Assembly: GCA_030836705.1 (NCBI GenBank)
Contig: JAUPLZ010000137.1
Coordinates: 1-13,003, forward strand
Source of the DNA: Campylobacterota bacterium
Lineage (GTDB): Bacteria; Campylobacterota; Campylobacteria; Campylobacterales; SZUA-545
DNA: 13,003 nt
Reading direction: 5' to 3'
The position numbers and the translations under genes were made by a program. Position 1 is the first letter of the stretch, and every line of letters starts with the position of its first letter. This document shows positions 7,683 through 13,003 of the stretch, in pieces. The notes below the pieces were generated by a model. That model saw only the letters and a program-made list of their open reading frames with translations. It was not told where the DNA came from and made no database searches.

Positions 7683-8209
7683 TGCAGGAGATTTATTTAG
7701 AAGTTATAAATTCAGCTCTAAATTCGCTTAATATTCTTAACTATCTTATATTTGCTGCTGCTTTTTTTATATTGGTATTTTTTATCATCCTAGCAATTAT
7801 CACAAGAAAAAAAGCATTTCTTTTTGGTTTTTTTTCTTTTTTTTCAATTTTTCTACTATTTTTCACCCCTTTTATCAGCTATTTTTTTACAGAAACATAT
7901 TTAAAAAAAAGAACTGTCACCACTATTGAAACAAGTCAGCTTACTTTTATAAACAAAGTTGCAATAAAAGCCGGTTTTGAAAACAATTCAAACAAAATAC
8001 TTAAAGAGTGTGAAGTTTTTACTTTTGCGATAGAAAAAAACGACAATATAGTTAAAAAAATAAAAAACATAATAACTCCAAAAAACTACACAAAAACATC
8101 TCTTAAGGCGAGTATAAAACCAAGTGAAAATGAAGAGTTTTATATAACGCTTAATAATATTAGCGACAAAGAGGCGTTTGAAATATACAATCTTTCATTC
8201 TGTAAATAG
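7682..8209 (+). CDS. Hypothetical small membrane protein: two predicted TM helices followed by a Lys/Asn-rich soluble tail. No recognisable family.
   Basis: The 175-aa ORF fills the whole gap between hisIE and the OMP gene. Its ATG overlaps the hisIE stop (TAATG). Phe/Leu/Ile-rich segments 'ILNYLIFAAAFFILVFFIILAII' and 'FLFGFFSFFSIFLLFFTPFISYFF'. No independent RBS. Codon composition is as AT-rich as the neighbours. Confidence 0.5.
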   Translation: MQEIYLEVINSALNSLNILNYLIFAAAFFILVFFIILAIITRKKAFLFGFFSFFSIFLLFFTPFISYFFTETYLKKRTVTTIETSQLTFINKVAIKAGFENNSNKILKECEVFTFAIEKNDNIVKKIKNIITPKNYTKTSLKASIKPSENEEFYITLNNISDKEAFEIYNLSFCK

Positions 8210-8218
8210 ATTTGCTAA

Positions 8219-8848
8219 ATGAAAAAACTACTTATTTTTATATTTTTTTTCTCTTTTTTTATTACTTGTGAAGCAAAAAATATTGAGCAAAAAAACACAA
8301 AAGCAAGATATTTTGGAATAGAGGCAATGTACGGTAGCGGAAGCCAGCAAACCAAAATAGAGCATGGTTCGTTTTTTAGCGACCCAATAACATACAGCGA
8401 AATAGCTTTTAAAATAGGATTTGAAACAAAAAGCCAAAATAGATTTGAGCTATCTATCGCACAAAACAAGAATTTCACTATAAATGAATCTTCAAGAAGC
8501 ACTGATTTCTCAAAAGGAAGCAGTATTGACATTGCTTATCTTTTTATGCTTGATTTTTTTAATCCGGCTTCAACCGACATCATGCCGTTTATCAAAATAG
8601 GAACTGGCGTTGGAATATTTAGCATAAAAGATGAATATAAATCCAACTATGGAAGCGAGTCAATCTACTCATTAGAATCAAAAGTCGGGGTCGGTATTTT
8701 TAGCAAACTAACACAAAAAACTGATTATTTTATACTTTATAATAAAATCAGCAGAGAGTTTCAAACAATCAAAAACTACGATTTAAGAGTTATTGAAATC
8801 TCTCATGATGTGGATTGTTTTTCGGCTGGAATAAGCTACTATTTTTAG
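8219..8848 (+). CDS. Small outer-membrane beta-barrel protein (OmpA-like / OmpW-like 8-strand barrel class) with an N-terminal signal peptide.
   Basis: Signal peptide 'MKKLLIFIFFFSFFITCEA'. Alternating hydrophobic and polar beta-strand segments ('YFGIEAMYG', 'IAFKIGFE', 'FELSIAQ', 'IDIAYLFMLDFF', 'GVGIFSIK', 'VGVGIFSKL', 'YFILYNKI', 'LRVIEISH'). The C-terminal aromatic 'ISYYF' is typical of BAM substrates. Confidence 0.65.
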   Translation: MKKLLIFIFFFSFFITCEAKNIEQKNTKARYFGIEAMYGSGSQQTKIEHGSFFSDPITYSEIAFKIGFETKSQNRFELSIAQNKNFTINESSRSTDFSKGSSIDIAYLFMLDFFNPASTDIMPFIKIGTGVGIFSIKDEYKSNYGSESIYSLESKVGVGIFSKLTQKTDYFILYNKISREFQTIKNYDLRVIEISHDVDCFSAGISYYF

Positions 8849-9801
8849 TAAATTAAACCCTCTTTCAAAAGAGCTTTTTTTATTTTTTTCATCTGCTTAT
8901 TTTTATCATCACCGCACCATTTCGGCGCCAAAAGCGTATCGTTTGATATTCCGGCCGCAACTCTTTGGATTTTTATATCTGGCGGCAAAATTTTTATCGC
9001 CTCAACGAGAGTTTTGATATACTCATCTTCGCTTAGCGGCTCATATTTTTTCACCATATAATCGTTTGCCAAAATAGTATTTTTTACAACATAACAAGGA
9101 TGAAACTTTATAGAATCAACGCCAAGAGTGCTTATCTCTCTTATTCCTTCTAGCATCATTTGCGGCGTCTCTTTTGGCAAACCAAAAATCATATGAACGC
9201 AGACATTTAACCCATACTCTTTTGCTCTTATGATTGATTTTTTTATCTCTTTGTATGTTTCGCCTCTATTTGTTTTTTGCAAAACCTCATCATTTGTGCT
9301 TTGTACGCCAAACTCAATCCAAATCTCTTTTTTCTTTGAAAGCTCTTTTAGGTGTTTGAAAATTTCATCATTTACGCAATCAGCCCTAGTTCCTATACTA
9401 ATGCCCACTACATCTTTTTTTCCCAAGGCTCTTTCATATAGCTTTTTTAAAGTTTCAAGCGGTGCATATGTATTTGAAAAAGATTGAAAGTAGATGATAT
9501 ATCTCTTTATGCCGTAATTTCTCAAAAAATGCTTTTTTGTCTCTTCGTACTGCCTATCAAGCTCTTCAAGCTGCAAATCAAGAAGCGGATTTTGCAGAGA
9601 ATCCAAACTTAAGGTAAATTTACTTCTATTATTAGCCAAATTAGGGCTAAACGACTCATTTTCACAATAAACACATCCGCCTCTTGCTACTTTGCCGTCA
9701 ATATTAGGACAAGTAAAACCAACAACACTAACAGGAATCTTATAAACCCTTGTTTTAAATCTTTTTTTTAGATACCTGCCAAAAGTATTAAGCTCTCTCA
9801 T
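8845..9801 (-). CDS. Radical SAM protein, TIGR01212 (YhcC-like) family.
   Basis: The N-terminal cluster 'CPNIDGKVARGGCVYC' matches the TIGR01212 variant Cys motif. 318 aa. 'GISIGTRADC', 'EFGVQST' and 'HMIFGLPKET' blocks are typical of this family. Its stop overlaps the OMP stop (convergent). Confidence 0.75.
   Translation of the reverse strand: MRELNTFGRYLKKRFKTRVYKIPVSVVGFTCPNIDGKVARGGCVYCENESFSPNLANNRSKFTLSLDSLQNPLLDLQLEELDRQYEETKKHFLRNYGIKRYIIYFQSFSNTYAPLETLKKLYERALGKKDVVGISIGTRADCVNDEIFKHLKELSKKKEIWIEFGVQSTNDEVLQKTNRGETYKEIKKSIIRAKEYGLNVCVHMIFGLPKETPQMMLEGIREISTLGVDSIKFHPCYVVKNTILANDYMVKKYEPLSEDEYIKTLVEAIKILPPDIKIQRVAAGISNDTLLAPKWCGDDKNKQMKKIKKALLKEGLIY
8860..8881 (+). terminator. Candidate intrinsic terminator for the plus-strand ilvE-to-OMP unit. 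A short hairpin CTCTT-tcaa-AAGAG is followed by TTTTTTTaTTTTTTT. It is embedded in the 3' end of the convergent radical SAM gene.
   Basis: Seen directly: a 5-bp stem with a 4-nt loop, then a T6/T7 run 12-33 nt after the OMP stop. The stem is short and AT-rich, so it is weak. Confidence 0.3.
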
Positions 9802-9855
9802 ATAATAAACACTTTATGTAGAAATATTAAAACAGAGAACTTCATAAAAATCGCT
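9802..9855 (-). promoter_or_regulatory. Short intergenic region between purF and the radical SAM gene. It possibly carries an internal promoter and RBS for the radical SAM gene.
   Basis: 54-bp AT-rich gap. It is the only non-overlapping junction in the minus-strand block. Confidence 0.25.
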
Positions 9856-11196
9856 TTAAAAATAGCTTCCGTTAAAACACGCCAAACAATGATTATTCTT
9901 ATCTTTTGCACCTTTACAAAGCGCATCTACCGACAAAAAGGAGAGCGAATCTGCGCCAATATACTTTCTTATCTCTTCGGCATCCATTCTATTGCTTATA
10001 AGCTCATTTTTTTCAGGTGTATCAATACCGTAAAAACAAGGATATTTAACAGCCGGTGATGCTATTCTCATGTGTATCTCTTTTGCGCCTGCATCTCTTA
10101 AAAGTGAGACTATTTTTTTACTTGTAGTGCCTCGCACAATACTATCATCGATAATTACAAGCTTTTTGCCCTGTATTAAGCTTTTAATCGGGCTTAGCTT
10201 CATTTTGACTTTTAAATCTCTTATCTCTTGCATTGGCTCAATAAAAGTCCTGCCGACATAGTGATTTCTTATTATTCCAAACTCAAAAGGTATTTTGCTC
10301 TCTTCAGAGTATCCAAGTGCATGCGAAACACTGCTATCAGGCACAGGAACTACCATATCAGCCTCCACCGGCATCTCTCTTGCTAAGATCCTGCCTAGTT
10401 CTTTTCTTACATTGTAGACAGACTCACCAAACACAACGCTATCCGGCCTTGCAAAATAAATATGCTCAAAAATACACTGTTTTGGAATAGGCTCGGCAAA
10501 TCTTACAGATTCAGGCTCTTTATTTTTTTCAAATATAAGCATCTCGCCCGGCTCAACATCTCTTATAAATTTTGCACCGGCTAAATCAAATGCACATGTC
10601 TCACTTGCCACAATATACCCATCCCCTATTTTTCCCAAAGAAAGCGGTCTAAAACCGTGCGGATCTCTTGCTACGAACATTTTAGTTCTGCTTAAAAAAA
10701 TAAAAGAGTAAGCACCTTTTACAATAGCAAGGGCTTCTAGGATTCTATCTTTTAGATTACCTGCATTTGATTTTGCGATTAGGTGAATTAAATTTTCCGT
10801 ATCCATTGAAGATTGAAAAATTGAACCGTTTTTAATCAGTTCTTTTCTAACCTCTTGCGCATTTGTAAGATTCCCATTGTGCACTATAGCCATCTCGCCC
10901 AAATCATATCTTGCAAAAACAGGTTGAGCATCAAGAATAGAATCGTCTCCGGCAGTTGAATACCTATTGTGACCGATTGCCATTTTTCCCGTGAGTTTTG
11001 CTATTTTTTCATCATTAAAAACATCGTTAACAAGCCCTCTGTCTTTTATTGTATGAATATTTTTGCCATCACTACTGCTAATTCCGCTTGCTTCTTGTCC
11101 TCTATGCTGCATTGCAAAAAGCGCTAAATAGGCTTTTTTTGCAGCGTTTTCATCAAACACACCGACTACGGCACATTTTTCATTTAAACTACGCAC
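9856..11196 (-). CDS. purF: Amidophosphoribosyltransferase (glutamine PRPP amidotransferase), B. subtilis type, with a short propeptide and a C-terminal Fe-S Cys cluster.
   Basis: 'MRSLNEK|CAVVGVF' has the Ntn catalytic Cys after a 7-aa leader. 'FAMQHRGQEASGI'. PRPP-binding 'LVIIDDSIVRGTT'. C-terminal 'HCLACFNGSYF' cysteines. GTG start with a strong AGAGAGGAA RBS. Confidence 0.92.
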   Translation of the reverse strand: MRSLNEKCAVVGVFDENAAKKAYLALFAMQHRGQEASGISSSDGKNIHTIKDRGLVNDVFNDEKIAKLTGKMAIGHNRYSTAGDDSILDAQPVFARYDLGEMAIVHNGNLTNAQEVRKELIKNGSIFQSSMDTENLIHLIAKSNAGNLKDRILEALAIVKGAYSFIFLSRTKMFVARDPHGFRPLSLGKIGDGYIVASETCAFDLAGAKFIRDVEPGEMLIFEKNKEPESVRFAEPIPKQCIFEHIYFARPDSVVFGESVYNVRKELGRILAREMPVEADMVVPVPDSSVSHALGYSEESKIPFEFGIIRNHYVGRTFIEPMQEIRDLKVKMKLSPIKSLIQGKKLVIIDDSIVRGTTSKKIVSLLRDAGAKEIHMRIASPAVKYPCFYGIDTPEKNELISNRMDAEEIRKYIGADSLSFLSVDALCKGAKDKNNHCLACFNGSYF

Positions 11197-11209
11197 AAAT
11201 TCCTCTCTT

Positions 11210-11980
11210 TTATAATTGTAAAAAATCTTGAATAGAATACAAACCGTTCGGCTGATTTACAAGCCATTTTCCGGCTCTTATCGCACCGTTTGAAAAAGTA
11301 TTTCTGTTTGTTGCCGTATGATTTAATCTAATAAATTCGCCATCGGCATAAAAGCCAACCGTATGTTCTCCGACTATATCACCGCCTCTTAATGCCATCA
11401 CGGCTATTTCATCTTTTTTTCTCTGACCTATATTGCCGTCTCGCCCGCTCACTCTTACGCTATCGATATTAAGGTCTCTGCCTTTGGCTGCAAAATCAGC
11501 AAGTGTAAGCGCCGTACCGCTTGGTGCGTCTTTTTTAAATTTATGATGCATCTCGGTAATTTCTATATCAAAATCTTTTAGTGTTTTGCTTGCCATAAAA
11601 ACAAGTTTATTCAAAAGAGCAACTCCAACCGACATATTAGTAGCATACAAAACCGGCATCTTTTCAGATGCTTGCTTTAATAAATTTTGCTGATGAGAGT
11701 TTAATCCAGTAGTTCCTATTACAAGCGGGGTCGGGGATTTTTCTATGGCAACTTTTAAAAGCTCTTCGGTTGCCTCCGGAAGCGTAAAATCAATAACAAG
11801 CTCGCTTGCATCCAAAAAAACTTCCATTTGATTTGTGACAAGGGTCTCGCTAGGAACCGCAAAATCAATTTTATTTCTTGCAAAAACAGTAGAAAGTGAC
11901 AAGCTTGAATCATTTTTTAAATTTTCTATTAATAACTTTCCTACTCTTCCGCCTGCTCCAAAAATACCGGTTTTTATCAT
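11210..11980 (-). CDS. dapB: 4-hydroxy-tetrahydrodipicolinate reductase.
   Basis: N-terminal Rossmann '[14 protein letters not shown]'. Signature '[18 protein letters not shown]'. 256 aa. Its ATG overlaps the trxB stop (ATGA). As I recall, dapB next to purF also occurs in C. jejuni. Confidence 0.9.
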   Translation of the reverse strand: MIKTGIFGAGGRVGKLLIENLKNDSSLSLSTVFARNKIDFAVPSETLVTNQMEVFLDASELVIDFTLPEATEELLKVAIEKSPTPLVIGTTGLNSHQQNLLKQASEKMPVLYATNMSVGVALLNKLVFMASKTLKDFDIEITEMHHKFKKDAPSGTALTLADFAAKGRDLNIDSVRVSGRDGNIGQRKKDEIAVMALRGGDIVGEHTVGFYADGEFIRLNHTATNRNTFSNGAIRAGKWLVNQPNGLYSIQDFLQL

Positions 11981-12927
11981 TTTTTTAATGCCTTAAATTC
12001 ATCTACATACTCGATTGCACTAAGTGCTGCAGTTGCGCCGTCGCCAGCTGCACAAACCACTTGTTTTGGCGCATCTATTCTAATATCGCCAGCCGCAAAA
12101 AGACCTTTTTTTGATGTTCTCATTTTAAGGTCTACAATAACCTCGCCGCCATCATTAACTTCGCATATATAGCCGTTCGCACTTCTTAAGACATCATTTT
12201 TTACATTTCTGCCTACAAAAACAAACACACCCAAAGCGCTTATATCTCTAACACTCGAATCACTTCTTGATTTGACTTTTACACCCGTTACTCCTGATTT
12301 ATCTCCGCAAACCTCTTCCACATCAACATTTAAAACTAACTCTATTTTTTCGTTGTGTTTTACTCTCTCAACCGTCTCAGGAGATGCTCTAAATTTATCT
12401 CTTCTGTGGATCAAGTAAACTTTTGAGCATATATTTGCCAAATACAATGCCTCTTCAAGCGCGGCATCACCGCCGCCTATTGCCGCTACGGCTTTATTTT
12501 TATAAAAAAATCCATCACAAGTAGCGCAGGTGCTCACTCCTTTGCCAAAAAACTCATCTTCGCCTTTAAAACCGCCTCTTTTAGGCACGCTTCCTGTGCA
12601 TACTATAACGCTTATGGCATCATGCTCTTTATTGCTTGTCGTCTTAATACGAAATGTGCCGTCACTATTACTAGTAACAGCAACAACCTCATCCATCTCT
12701 GTTTTTAGTCCAAATCTACTGCACTGCTCAGGCCATTTTTGCATAAGATCCATGCCGCTCACTACCTCTGATACGCCGGGATAATTCTCTATTTCGCTAC
12801 TTTGTGTTATTTGACCACCTGGCATGCCGATTTCAAACATAACAACATTCTTCAAACCGCCTCTTGTTGCATAAAGTCCAGCAGTAAGTCCAGCAGGTCC
12901 TCCGCCTACGATAGCCAAATCTAACAT
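11977..12927 (-). CDS. trxB: Thioredoxin reductase.
   Basis: FAD motif '[19 protein letters not shown]'. Redox-active 'CATCDGFFY'. NADPH motif '[16 protein letters not shown]'. The preferred start is the ATG at 12927 (MLDLAIV...), which has a GGAGAG RBS. The upstream ATG at 12939 from the ORF track lacks an RBS. Confidence 0.92.
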   Translation of the reverse strand: MLDLAIVGGGPAGLTAGLYATRGGLKNVVMFEIGMPGGQITQSSEIENYPGVSEVVSGMDLMQKWPEQCSRFGLKTEMDEVVAVTSNSDGTFRIKTTSNKEHDAISVIVCTGSVPKRGGFKGEDEFFGKGVSTCATCDGFFYKNKAVAAIGGGDAALEEALYLANICSKVYLIHRRDKFRASPETVERVKHNEKIELVLNVDVEEVCGDKSGVTGVKVKSRSDSSVRDISALGVFVFVGRNVKNDVLRSANGYICEVNDGGEVIVDLKMRTSKKGLFAAGDIRIDAPKQVVCAAGDGATAALSAIEYVDEFKALKK

Positions 12928-12939
12928 TTTTCTCTCCAT

Positions 12940-12985
12940 CAGATTATTTTAATGTGATAGTAGCACATTTTTTTTTACAAAGAGT
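12940..12985 (-). promoter_or_regulatory. Candidate trxB promoter. Read on the minus strand, an extended -10 'TGcTACTAT' lies inside a perfect 6-bp inverted repeat, preceded by an A9 tract.
   Basis: Minus-strand sequence ...ttgtAAAAAAAAAtgtgcTACTATcacattaaaataatctgatGGAGAGaaaaATG. The -10 is about 29 nt upstream of the 12927 start. The inverted repeat AATGTG-N7-CACATT spans 12951-12969. Confidence 0.4.
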
Positions 12986-13003
12986 AAATAATAGCTTCAA
13001 TCA

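Noticed and set aside
8215-8532. 105-aa and 69-aa minus-strand ORFs overlapping the OMP gene start
   Set aside because: These are the antisense of the signal-peptide and low-complexity T-rich region. The better-supported plus-strand OMP, with a signal peptide and a C-terminal aromatic motif, occupies the locus.
354-12784. Other small antisense ORFs from the track (354..536-, 909..1202-, 4497..4706+, 5494..5679-, 6403..6585-, 6753..6935-, 9230..9487+, 10070..10261+, 12530..12784+)
   Set aside because: Each is embedded antisense in a well-supported conserved gene. They have low-complexity translations and no start context.
1-13003. CRISPR arrays, IS/transposase, integrase, tRNA or rRNA genes, prophage or restriction-modification genes
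   Set aside because: No direct-repeat/spacer periodicity, no terminal inverted repeats, no tRNA-like structure and no matching protein motifs were seen in any frame.

Overview
This is an AT-rich segment (roughly one-third GC, estimated by eye) of compact bacterial chromosome with Campylobacter-like (Campylobacterota) gene content. The ilvE-SPFH and dapB-purF neighbour pairs match Campylobacter as I recall it. Genes are tightly packed, with several start/stop overlaps and two convergent gene pairs whose stop codons overlap. There are four transcription blocks:
(i) + strand 3..2052. A 5'-truncated hypothetical ORF is followed by a soluble PAS-PAS sensor histidine kinase. The kinase is interrupted by an in-frame TAA between its H-box and ATPase domains.
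(ii) - strand 4897..2042. Three translationally coupled genes: an aldehyde dehydrogenase, a YdeN/RBBP9-type serine hydrolase, and an unusually short DUF255(YyaL)-like thioredoxin-fold protein.
(iii) + strand 5006..8848. ilvE, an SPFH/band-7 membrane protein, bifunctional hisIE, a hypothetical 2-TM protein and a small outer-membrane beta-barrel protein.
(iv) - strand 12927..8845. trxB, dapB, purF and a TIGR01212-type radical SAM protein.
I saw no rRNA, tRNA, CRISPR array, IS element, integrase or obvious defence or toxin gene. Most of the window is housekeeping. The points worth a second look are:
- the histidine-kinase locus, which looks like it is decaying (in-frame stop, possible frameshift at its 5' end);
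- the DUF255 gene that abuts it convergently and is truncated at both ends;
- the uncharacterised ALDH/hydrolase/Trx-like module;
- a perfect inverted repeat on the trxB -10 element;
- a pair of envelope proteins of unknown function coupled to hisIE.
I cannot demonstrate a clearly novel system from sequence alone.
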